Below, in pieces: positions 28,830 to 40,792 of a stretch of 64,000 nt of DNA (within the stretch, counting starts at the first letter, position 1; every line of letters begins with the position of its first letter). Below the pieces are notes generated by a model. The model had not been told where the DNA came from. It made no database searches and saw only the letters and a program-made list of their open reading frames with translations. Origin of the DNA: the human T2T-CHM13v2.0 reference genome, Homo sapiens. The translations under genes and the position numbers were made by a program. The DNA is taken from assembly GCF_009914755.1 (NCBI RefSeq), contig NC_060936.1; one strand, written 5' to 3'.

Positions 28830-29320
28830 TCATGCACACATTTATTCAACAAACGTTTGTTGAAGATGTACTAAGTGCCAGGCACTGTTTATGATAAACA
28901 GGAGAGTCTACTCAAAGTAATTTCACATCCTATTAGGAAACAGGAACATTAAATAAATAGACAAAAAAGGCAAGATAAACTCAGTACTTACAGTGACCAA
29001 GAAGACACTGAGTTTTAAAAAGAGGTAAGAGACTATATGGGGGATACTGGTTTAAGTCGGGTGCTGAGGGAAGATCTATTCAACAAGGTAATGTTTGAGC
29101 TGAGAACTGAATTATGGAAAGGCTCCAAATGCAAAGAGCTAGGGGAAGGGATTTCTGGTAGAGGAAACATCTATACAAAATCTCTAATATATGAGTAAAT
29201 GGGACTTTTCTGAGGAGCATACATAAGCCAGTTGTTGGGGGGGCGGGTAAAGAGAGTGAAAAGGAGAGAGGTGTAAGCTGAGTCTGGAGAAGTAGGCACG
29301 ACAAATTCATGTAACTGGTT
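28830..29320 (-). mobile_element. L2 fragment
   Basis: attcaacaaacgtttgttgaagatgtactaagtgccaggcactg is the antisense L2 3' terminus. Confidence 0.7.
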
Positions 29321-29325
29321 CATAG

Positions 29326-29825
29326 CCAGTTGTGAGCTAAAAGTATTAGACTGGTGCAAAAGTAATTGCAGTTTTTGCCATTAAAAAAATGCAAAAACCA
29401 CAATTACTTTTGCACCAACCTGATAGTTCACATAGACATTCCAGAGACTATTTTTCAAGAACTTATCAATAATTTTGTGAGCATATTTCTAAACAGAACC
29501 ACAATTAAAAACAAAATTATGTAAATTTGTGATTGAATCAATTATATTAAAAACAAAGGTAATAAATACTCCAAGAAGATTACTTCTAATTACTTTACTG
29601 CATTTTATTACTACCTATGCTTTTAATGTTATTTTATGTCCATTGTATCTATGTGGTAGAAATATGACATAATATGCTACTGTACCTCTCTTCCCAATTC
29701 TGTGTTCAGTGACATGATGTTGGTAGCTTGAAGTCAGTCATAGAGTGAGTCTTTACACCATGATAATTAGCAAGCACTGTTTGTTTGGGTGGGTGGGTTG
29801 CTAAACATTTACCGCAACCCCACTG
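29326..29825 (+). mobile_element. MER63-family (hAT-Blackjack) element hosting a MADE1
   Basis: attatattaaaaacaaaggtaataaatactc...gttcagtgacatgatgttggtagcttgaa...aaacatttacc resembles MER63B. Confidence 0.7.
29346..29423. mobile_element. MADE1 (Hsmar1-derived MITE) with TA target-site duplication
   Basis: TTAGACTGGTGCAAAAGTAATTGCAGTTTTTGCC...GCAAAAACCACAATTACTTTTGCACCAACCTGA flanked by TA. Confidence 0.93.
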
Positions 29826-30964
29826 ACTATTACTATGGTAGCAAAGTCACAAATAGGACTGGATTGAAGTCTGATGGCTCAGAGGACAGAGCAACAATGT
29901 CATTAGGAATAGAAGACACTTAGGGGCAGAGAAGGCTCAGCCATTGATAACAGAGAAAGGGACATCAAATCCAAAGTTATCAGGGTATGCTTGGTCTGAA
30001 GAAAAATTCAAGGTGAAAGCTAGGGGAGGCTGCCAAAATGGAAGGCTTAGGAGTAAGGATCAACACTCACCAGGTCAATTCATACACTACATCTTCAAAA
30101 AAGTTTTTTTTTTTTTTTTTTTCTGACTCATTGCTCCTAGTCAGAGGTGGGCATCCTTCCTTGGCCCAGATACTGCCTGGCAGTTTTCTCTGCAAACTCA
30201 CACACTCTCTTGTGATTTTGTTTCCACTCTTCTGTCTCCTCTCCTGGACTAAGAACTCTCAGGACAGAGATCAAATATCAGTATTTCTAAATCCTCAGGA
30301 CTAAGCATGGTGCCTGATGCACATTATGTGTTCAATGCTTACTAGTATAATCAGAAATGTAGAAAAATATGCACAAGTATGTTCAGGGCAACATGATTCC
30401 AGATAGTGTGGGGAGAAATGAAATCTTCAGCTCAGGGAAAATAATTAATTACAGTTTATTCAAATAATAGCTGCAGCCACAAAAAAAAATTAAGATTATA
30501 AAAGTGTGATATTTTACAATTTACACAATTAAGCTATGAATAATTACTGATAAAAGATACAAAGCCTTGTATTCCTCATTATGTAGGTACGTCAAGAAGC
30601 ATACACCCCAACCCTATGCCAAAAAACAAACAAACAAAAACCAAAAAACAAAACCTAGAAAGAGGCAGTGTTTTGTTTAGATTGTGGAATCAGGAGTGAT
30701 ATTTTGTTTGTCACATTTATTCTTTCCCACTTACATGTATGTAAGGGAGTACAGTTGCAAGGGAAAATATAGTTTGCCTAAAACTATATTGGATTTCTAG
30801 TTGAACATAAATGAAATGTCCTTCAGCTTTATTCTTTCTATTTCATTCCTTCTGGAAAGAGAGAGAAACAAAAATTAATTCAGCACTTAGTTATTCAGTA
30901 CCAGGCACATCGGAAAGGTTATCTCACTTGATACTTTCTACAGTCCAATGAGATACGCTTTTAT

Positions 30965-31180
30965 TTTAAAATTTTTTAATGTTTAATATATGTGGGTACA
31001 TAGTAGTTGTATATATTTGTGGGGTACATGAGATATTTTGATACAATCATACAATGAGTCATAATCACATCAGGGTAAATGGGGTATCTGTCACCTCAAG
31101 CATTTATCCTTTCTTTGTGTTACAAACAATCCAATTATACTTTTAGTTATTTTTAAATGTACAATAAATTACTGTTGACT
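30965..31180 (-). mobile_element. Short L1MA-type 3'-end fragment
   Basis: Same 3'-UTR type as at 22120 and 35625. Confidence 0.75.
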
Positions 31181-31761
31181 GATAGGTTTTTAGTATTCTC
31201 ATTGTGTGGATGAGGAGTCTGAGATATTGTAGTCTTCTGGGATAGAAAGCAAAATATCAGGTATGGTGATGTCAGGGCTGGAGAAAGTCCCCATTATCTT
31301 TTCCCTCTGGTTCTCAAGGGAAGCAAAATGTTTAGTGGAAGGGGCGTGGTCTAAACACCCCTATCCACTTAGAGACCCCTGACCCTTGCAGGGACTTGGT
31401 AGGTTTGACCATTTGAAAGCATGAGTTTTGGAGACTGCAGTCACTACTCATCTAATAAAAAATTTTGGAGGCACATATTCTGAGGTACACAGTCCATCAG
31501 GCCATGGGGTGCTCAGTTTCCTGATAAGACACAGACCTGATTGTGGATATAAATTCTTTTGCTAATTCCTCTGTGTCTGTCTCACCAGGGAAAAAGGTGG
31601 CTGAGGTCTAGGGCTAAGGAGACACTTGGGGGACTAGACATGAGATCCACCCACCCAATCTAAAAATATTTGTTCAGCTTTTGCTGCAAGAGAGCCACTT
31701 TTCTAGGTTCTATGATTATAACTGCCTTCCTGAGTTTATGTTTCTTTTAGCAAATGGAGAT

Positions 31762-32072
31762 TTATATGGTTTGGCTGTGCCACCACCCAAATTGGGGCGT
31801 TCTCATGCCCCCATGCTGCTGTTCTCATGGTAATAAATGAGTTTTCAGGATATCTGATGGTTTTATAAAAGGCTTTTTTCTCTTTTGCTCGGCACTTTTC
31901 CTTCCTGCCACCATGTGAAAAAGGATGTGTTTGCTTCCCCTTCCACCATGATTGTCAGTTTCCTGAGGCCTCCTCAGCCCTGCAGAATGGTGGGTCAATT
32001 AAACCTCTTTCCTTTATTAATTACCCGGTCTTGGGTATGTCTTTATTAGCAGCATGAGAATAGACTAATACA
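31762..32072 (+). mobile_element. THE1 (MaLR) solo LTR with an internal deletion
   Basis: TATGGTTTGGCTGTG...GCAGCATGAGAATAGACTAATACA; 5-bp TSD GAGAT/GACAT. Confidence 0.88.
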
Positions 32073-33076
32073 GACATTAGTCAAATCACAGGAATAAATT
32101 CAAATTTGTAATCTTAACAAGTGTCATGAAGGAGATGTACATAATGCTGTGAGAACTTTTCCCTAGGAAGTTTTTGCAATCTCAGAGAGCAAAGTAGAAA
32201 TATCTAGATGAAAAGGGAAGGGAAGAACCTGGAACCTTCCAGAACCTTCCAGGCAGAAGGAATAGCATGAGCAAAGGTCATATTGCAGAAACAATGGGGA
32301 ACTTGGTTGAAGATGCGAGTGGAAAGCTCCTTGGGGTAGACCATGTCAACCATGGCAAGGAACTTTTATCTTTATCCTGAGAGGTGGAGTGCCCTTGAAG
32401 TGTGTAATCAGAGGTGGCTCCATTAGATGTGCGTTTTGACAAGACCACTCTGGCTGCAAGGTGGAGAGTGGAATGGAGGGTATCGAAAGCAGCTAATAGG
32501 TGATTGCACTTGTCCAGGTGAGAAATGGCCATGATGCCTTGGACTAAAGTGGTACTGAGGGTGGAGATGAAGAAAATAGGATGAATTTGAGAAAAATTTA
32601 GAAATTTTAAAAAGAGGAGTCAGTTTAGATATGAGCCAGCATGAGAAACAGGTCAAAGATGACTCTTAGGCTGCTAAGTAGATGGAGAGAATGCCATTCT
32701 CAGAGATAGCTCCATCTCTGCTTTTGAAGGAACAAAGAGATCTATTGAGTTGTGCTCTTCAGTCTAATCATTGAGAAGATATCTCTGGAACTGGGACTCA
32801 TTGAGATATTAAGTTAGGGAACTTCTATTATGTGTTATCTTTCTAAAAACTATTTTTCTATTTGTATTTTACATTTTGATTTACAGAGTATTTTCAAATA
32901 CATTATCTGTAAGGTATAGATTGCTAACCCCATTTTAAAAATGAGAAAATAAACTGAGTAGTTAAGTAACTTGCTCAAAGTCACACAGGCTATCTGAGTC
33001 CAAGTTCAATGCTCTTTTTATTTTATTTCTGCCATTCATTCATTCAGTATGTGTTTACCACCTACTCAGAGACAGC

Positions 33077-34105
33077 AGAGGCAGATTCATCATGTAGCTA
33101 ATGAACTAAAGCTTTAGAGCCTCACATCTACATAAGCTCTGAGGCTCTTAGAGGAACTCTAGAAATGAGTTTGTCTGGTTACATATTTTCATCTTTTTTT
33201 TTTTAATTTGCCAAAGTAAGATAGTTAATCCACAGTTAGGTATGACTGCCATCTCTTCCCACATTAACATCCTCTCCATCATGCTTCTCCTCATGGCCAG
33301 TGGCCACAGACACCTTTGAGATCCAGATAAGAACAAGATAGGATGAAAATTCATTTGTGTATAGTTAGTGGTTATATTGACATCTTTTGCACTGACTTTT
33401 ATAAGAGTTGTTTTGCTGGCTGTCTAGGTGTAAGAAGAGATTCCAGAACACCCCTGCTGTCCACTCTCCTGAGTTACTAGGTCTTAAGGTCTTGAGAAGA
33501 AGTTTGGAGAGCATGTTATATGGGGTCTAGTTCTCTCTAATCCCTGATCAAAACAGAATTTCTCTCCTTGTCAGGAATATACTTGATAATAAAGCAAAAA
33601 CACACATCCTTTCTTCCCCATTTCTGTGGAGAATTGTGTGAAATCAATGTATGAGAATTCCTGTTTGTAAGGCACAAATCTTTAGTGGTTCTACAACTAC
33701 ACATTTCAGTATATTTGTGTGTGAAGCAATATGTCTTACGTATCTATGGTATCAATAATAAAAAAACAAATTTCAATCATGTTATAGAAAAAATAAATTA
33801 TCTGTTTATTCTCTCTGAAGATAATGAAAGTAAAAATTATGAGATAATCAGTGTACACCAAAAATACAGAAACAGTTACTATAGCGGTTGATTAGATAAT
33901 TTATTAATAAAAATATTATATAATTTACCTGGAATTTGTGGCATTTTGCCAGCCTTCAATAAGGTGGCATTTACTTGGGTTTTTGTTCTAAAGACATATT
34001 CATTTTTCTATCAAATTTTATATTTAAAATTTTGTATTCCTTTCCTTAAATAGAGCCCCAAAGTTTTATAAGCCACAGGCTTCCAAAATTTGTAGGTACC
34101 CCCAC
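33077..34105 (+). mobile_element. Arthur1-like hAT DNA transposon
   Basis: Termini CAGAGGCAGATTCATCATGTAGCTAATGAAC... and ...GAGCCCCAAAGTTTTATAAGCCACAGGC resemble Arthur1 ends. Confidence 0.6.
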
Positions 34106-37100
34106 ACAGGAACTATGTGAGTCAGACAAAATAACCTGCTCCCCCACAACTTAAAGCTTATGAGAGGGAAATAGCAGTGGGGTGGGTAGGTGTTAGAGCT
34201 TGGCTGTGTGGGGCCAAGTGCTGGGGGAATGCGCCACAGATGCCCCTGACTGCCTTGAGGGTTGATGATGATGGTTAGGAAAGGAAGATGATTCCCAAGT
34301 GGAAAGGAGAGGTAAGGATGTCTTAGGTAGAAAAACTAGCCAAAGCCTCACATAGACATAGTTTTAATCCTCACTACTTGATCTAAGGTCCATGAATTGT
34401 TTCTTATGCAAAGCTCTGATGACTTCATTTTGCAAGCTCTCCTTTCATTGCTACTTCCCTCAATCTCCTTGCCTACCTTCCCTGGGGAGAGTCAGTTGCC
34501 CCTTCCATTGGTCTCCGTTAGCACCCTGTTGACATTCTGGTTTTGCATTCAGCCTTTTTCCTTGCCCTCTTGCGAAAAGGAATATTATGTTAACTCCCTC
34601 AATACAGAGACTGAGTCTTTTTTCAATTTTTGCATCCTAGAACCCACCACTTTGTTGGTACATAGTAGGTATCCAATAAACGTTGATGCAGTAATATTTA
34701 TTGAGCTCCTATCATGTGGCAGCCCCTGTACTAGACACCAAAAAACCACTGGTAAATGAAGCAGACACAGCCCCTGCCATCCTGGGGCTTACATTCTAGT
34801 GTCTGTTGAAAGAATAAATGAATGGCGGTGTGTGTGCTGAACAAGCTCAGAAAAAGTGATGTTAGGAAAGGGGTTTGAGGTCGTCAGAGTCTGTCTCCTC
34901 CAATCCCCCTTCCATTCCTTCAGACTTATCATCTGTGTTACCTCTCTGCTTACAAATCTCCCAGGCCATCCCAACCAAACCATTTGTCTGTCATTCAAGG
35001 CTTCCCAAAGCCAAGCCTACCCTGCCCAACCATCCCAAACCCTAGGACCCACCATTACAGGGCCTCTGCTCTTCCCACTGTGCCCTTCTTATACTTACAG
35101 CTTATGAGAAGGAAATGGCACAAGACTTTGACAAGTTAACAACCATGATTATGTGAAACCATCAATATCAACTACAATGAACATTTATTAAATGCCTGCT
35201 ATTCAATAAATAAGCACCAAACTCTGTGGGCTCCTTGGAGAGAAGACCCAGTTGCTTGAGGCTAGGAAGATATTCACATAAAAAGATCGCTGGTGATCCT
35301 AGAGAGCCCATGCCAAGGAATAAATGAGGCTACAGAGATGACAAGAGGAGAAGGACAGTTTTTCTGAGACTATTAAATTAAGTGTTTTGCATGCCACTTC
35401 CTGTATTACATATACATATATCTTACATTTTGTAAGCAGCTTTGGTACCACCAACTCAATTCACTTCTTCAACAGGTGTATATAGAACATCTGCCTTTTT
35501 TGAGACACCACAGTGAGTGCTGAGTTCATGAAAGGAGGCAAAGCAGGTTTTTCACTCTTACGGGAACTTCAAAGGCAGTGGGTTCTTATAAGAATAATGG
35601 GAGGCTACTGAAAGGTTTTTCATTATTTTAATTTTTAATTTTTAGTTGTTGTGAGTATGTAGTAGGTGTATATTTATGGAGTACATAAGATATTTTGATA
35701 CAAGCATGCAATGCTTAATGGTCACATTACACATTGCACGCTTATACTCATGGAAAATAGGGTATCCTGTACCTCAAGCATTTATTCTTTCTTTGTGTTA
35801 CAAACAATCCAATTATGCTCTTTCATTTTAAAATGTACAAGAAATTATCATTGACTATAGTCACTCTGTTGTGCTGTCAAATACTAGACGTTTTTCATTC
35901 TATATCACTATATTTTTGTACCATTAACCATCCACGCTTTCACCACCACACTATCCTTCTCAGCCTCTGGTACCCATTGTTCTTCTCTCTGTCTCCAAAA
36001 ATTCAATCTTTTTAATTTTTAGCCTCCATAAATAAGTGAGAACATGGAAAGTTTGTCTTTCTGTTCCTGGCTTATTTCGTTTAACATAATGACCTCCAGT
36101 TCCATCCATGTTTTTTCAAACAACAGGATCTTATTCTTTTTATGGCTGAATAGTACTCCATTGTGTATAAGTACCACATTTTGCATATCTATTCATTTGT
36201 TAATAGGCATAGGTTGCTTGCAAATTTTGCCTATTGTGAATAGTGCTGCAATAAACATGGGCATGCAGATTTCTCTTCAACATTCTAATTTCCTTTATTT
36301 GGGGTATATACCCAGCAGTGGGATTACTAGATCATATTGTAGCTCTATTTTCAATTTTTGAGGAACCTCCAAACTGTTCTCCATAGTGGTTGTACTAATT
36401 TACATTCTCACCAACAGCATACAAGAGTTCCTTTGCCTGTATTTTGGATTATAAGCCATTTTAACTGGGGTGAGATGATATTTCATTGCAGTTTTGATTA
36501 GCATTTCTCCGATGATCAATGATATCAAGCACGTTTTCATATGCCTGTTTTCCATTTATATGTTTTCTTTTCACAATGCTTATTCAGATTTTTTTGCCCA
36601 TTTTTCAATTGGATTATTAGAATTTTTCCCATACAATTGTTTGACCTCTTTGTAATTTCAGTTATTAACTGGTTGTCGGATGTAGAGTTTGCAAATATTT
36701 TCTCCCATTCTGTGGGTTGTCTCTTCACTTTGTTGTTTCTTTTGTGGTGCAAAAGCATTTTTAACTTGATGTGATCCCGTTTGTTCATTTTTTGCTTTGG
36801 TTGACTGTGCTTGTGATATTACTCAAGAGATCTTTGCCCAGTTCAATGTTCTGAAGAGTTTCCCCAATGTTTTCTTTCAGTATTTTCATAGTTTTAGGTC
36901 TTAAATTTTGATTTGATTTTTTAATATGATGAGACATAGGAATGTTGGTTCATTCCTCTGCATATGAGTTTCCAGTTTTCCCAGCATCATTGATTGAAGA
37001 GACTGTCCTTTCCCAAGTGTATGTTCTTGGCACCTTGGTTAAAAACGAGTTCACTGTAGATGTATGGATTTGTTTGTGTGTTCTTTATTCTCTTCCATTG

Positions 37101-39683
37101 CTCTGTGTGTCTGTGTTTATGCCAGTACTATCCTGTTTTGGTTACTATAGCTCTGTATTATAATTTGAAGCCAGGTAATGCAATTCCTCCAGTTTTGTTC
37201 TTTTTGATCAGAATAGCTTTGGATATTCTGGGTGTTTCATGGTACCTTAAATTTTAGGATTTTTTTTTCTGTTTCTGTGAAGAATGTCATTGATATTTTG
37301 ATAGGGATTGCATTGAATCTGTATGTTGCTTTGGGTAGTATGTACGTTTTAACAATATTATTTTTTCCAATCTATGAATATGGAATATCTTTCTATGGTT
37401 TTTGCATCCTCTTCAATTTCTTTCATCAATGTCTTATAGTTTTCATTGTAGAGACCTTTCACTTCTTAGGTTAACTCCTAGGTATTTTATTTTATTTGTG
37501 GATATTGTAAATGGGATTATGTTCTTCATTTCTTTTTCAGATTGTTTGCTGCTGGCATATAGAAATGCTACTGATTTTCTATGTTAATTTTATATCCTGA
37601 AACTTCACTGAATTTGTTTAGCCAGTTCTGTTATTTGGTTAAGTATTTAGGTTTTTCCAAATATAAGATCATGTCATCTACAAATAAAGATAATTTGACT
37701 TTCTCCTTTCCAAATTGGATGCCTTTTATTTCTTTCTCTTGTCTGATTGCTCTAACTAGAACTTCAGTGGTTAAAGTAGGCATCCTTGTTATTTTCCAGA
37801 CCTTTGAAGAAAGGCTTTCAGTCTTTCCCCATTCAGCATGACCCTAGCTGTGGGTCTGTCATATATGGCTTTTATTGTGTTGAGGTATGTTCCTTCTATA
37901 CCCAGTTTTTTGAGAGTTTTTATCATGAAGGGATGTTGAATTTTATCCAATGCTTTTTCAGCATCAGTTGAAATGATCATATGGTTTTTGTCCTTCATTC
38001 TGTTGATATGATGTATCACTTTGATTGATATGTAAATGTTGAACCATCCTTGTATCCTGGGATAAATCTCACGTGGTCTTGATGAATGATCTTTTAAACG
38101 TGATATTGAATTTCTTTTGCTAGTATTTTGTCAAGGATTTTTGCATCAATGTTCTTTAGGAATACTGGCCTGTAGTTTCCTTTATTCATGTGTTTTTATC
38201 TGGTTTTGGTATCAGGGTAATAATGGCCTTGTAGAATGAGTTTGAAAGTACTCCCTTCACTTCTATTTGTCAGAATAGTTTGAGTAGTATTGGTATTATC
38301 TCTTCTTTAAATGTTTGGTGAAATTTAGCAATGAAGCCATTGGGTACCAGGCCTTTTTTTGCTGGAAGACTTCATTATGGCTTAGGTCTTGTTACTTGTT
38401 ATTGGTCTGTTCAGGTTTTGGATTTCTTCATGGTTCAATATTGGTAGGTTTTATGTATCTAGGAATGTATCCATTTCTTCTAGGTTTTCCAATTTAGTGG
38501 TGTACAGTTGCTCATTGTAGCCTCTAATGATCCTCTAAATTCCTGTGGTATTTGTTGTAATGTCTCCTTTTTCATATCAGATTTTATTTAATTCGGTCTT
38601 CTCCCTTTTTTTTCTTAGTCTGGCTAAAGGTTTGCTGATTTTGTTTACCTTTTCAAAAAACCAACTTTTTGTTATGTTGATCTGTTGTATTGTTTTCTTT
38701 GTTTTATTTCTTTCTGCTCTGATCTTTATTTTTTTTTCTTCTATTAATTTTGGGTTTTGTTTGCTCTTGTTTTTCTAGTTCCTTAAGATGCATTGATAGC
38801 TTGTTTATTTGAATTTTTTTAATTTTTTGATGTGGATACTTATAGGTATAAAATTTTCTTTTAGTACTACTTTCACTGTAACCCAAAGGTTTTGCTTTGT
38901 TGTGTTTCCATTATCACTGGTTTCAGCAAATTTTTCAATTTCTATTTTAATTTATTCATTGACCCACTGGTCATTCAGGAACGTATTGTTTAATTTCCAT
39001 GTGTTTGTGTAGTTTCCAAAATTCCTCCTGTTATTGATTTCTAGTTTTCTTCCATTATAGTCAGAGAAGATACTTAATATAATCTCAATTTTTGAACTTT
39101 TTAAAGACTCTTTTGTGACCTAAAATATGGTCTATTCTTGAGAATGATCCATGAGCTGTGGAGAATAATGTATATTCTGCAGCCATTGAATGAAATGTTC
39201 TGTAAATATCTATTAGATTCATTTGGTCTATAGTGCAGATTACATTGATATTTCTTTGTTAATTTTCTGTCTCAGTGTTCTGCTCAATGCTGAAAGTGAG
39301 GTGTTGATGTCTCTAGCTATTATTGTATGGGAATCTACCTCTTTCTTTAGCTCTAATAATATTTGCTTTGTATATCTGGGTACTCCATCATTGGATGCAT
39401 ATATATTTACAATTATTATATTGTCTTGATGAATTTACCACTTTATCATTATATAATGATCTTCTTTGTCGCTTTAAATAGTTTCTATCTGGAAATATAT
39501 TTTGTCTAAATGTAGCTACTCCTTCTCTTTTTCGGTTTCCATTGGCATGAAGTATGTTTTTCTATTTCTTTATTTTTAGTCTTTGTGTGTCTTTATAGGT
39601 GAAGTGTGTTTCTTGTAGGCAACAGATCATTGAGACTTATTTTTTCTTTCCATTTAGACAGCCTATGTCTTTTGATTGGAGAG

Positions 39684-40053
39684 TGATATGGTTTGGCTGA
39701 GTCCCCACTCAAATCTCATCTTGAATTGTAGTTCTCATAATCCCCACATGTAGTGGGAGGGACCTGCTGGGAGGTAATTTAATTATGGGGGCAGTTACCC
39801 TCAAGCTGTTCTCGTGATAGAGTGAGTTCTCAGGAGATCTGATGATTTTATAAGGGGCTTTTCCCCCTCTTGCTTGGCACTCCTTCTTGCTGCCACCATG
39901 TGAAGAAGGATGTGTTTGCTTATCCTTCATTATTGTAAGTTTCCCAAGGCCTCCCCAGCCCTGCAGAACTGTGAGTCAATTAAATCTCTTTCCTTTGTAA
40001 ATTACTCAGTCTCAAGCTTGTCTTTATAAGCAGTGTGAGAAAGAACTAATACT
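39684..40053 (+). mobile_element. THE1 solo LTR inserted in the L1MA
   Basis: TGATATGGTTTGGCTG...AACTAATAC; TSD GAGAG at 39679-39683 and 40054-40058. Confidence 0.92.
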
Positions 40054-40792
40054 GAGAGTTTAGTCCATTTATATTCAATGCTATTATTAAGTAAGGACTT
40101 ACTCCTGCCATTTCTGTTGCTTATTTTTCTGGTTGTTTTGTGGTCTTTTTCTTCTTTCCCTCCTTTCTGTCTTTCTTTTAGTGAAAGCAGTTTTCTATGG
40201 TGGTATGTTATAATTTCTTGCTTTTTACTTTTTTTTGTACCTGTTATATGGTTTTTTATTTGAGGGTACCAATGAGGCTTCCACATAATATCTTATAACC
40301 TATTAATTTAATCCGATGACAACTTAACGCTGATTGCATAAACAAACAAGCAAAGAGAAAACTAATTTTAAAACTCTACACTTTAACTTTGTTGCCCTGA
40401 TTGTTAACTTTTTATTATTTCTATTTATATATTATTGTACTTTCAATGTATTGACAAGTTGTTGTTGTAGTTATTATTTTTTATTTACTCATCTTTTCGT
40501 CATTCTACTCAAGATATGAGTAATTTATACACTATATTTACAATGTTATTATATTACATTTTTCTCTGTGCTTAGTATTACCAGTAAGTTTTTCACCTTC
40601 AGATTATTTCTTAATGCTCATTAACATCATTTTCTTTCAGATTAAAAAACTCCCTTTAGCATTTCATGTAGGATAAGTTTGGTGTTGATAAAATCCCTCA
40701 GGTTTTGTTTGTCTGGGAAAGTCTTTATTTCTCCTTCATGTTTGAAGAACTTTTTGGCTGGATATACTACTCTAGGATAAACATTTTTTTCC

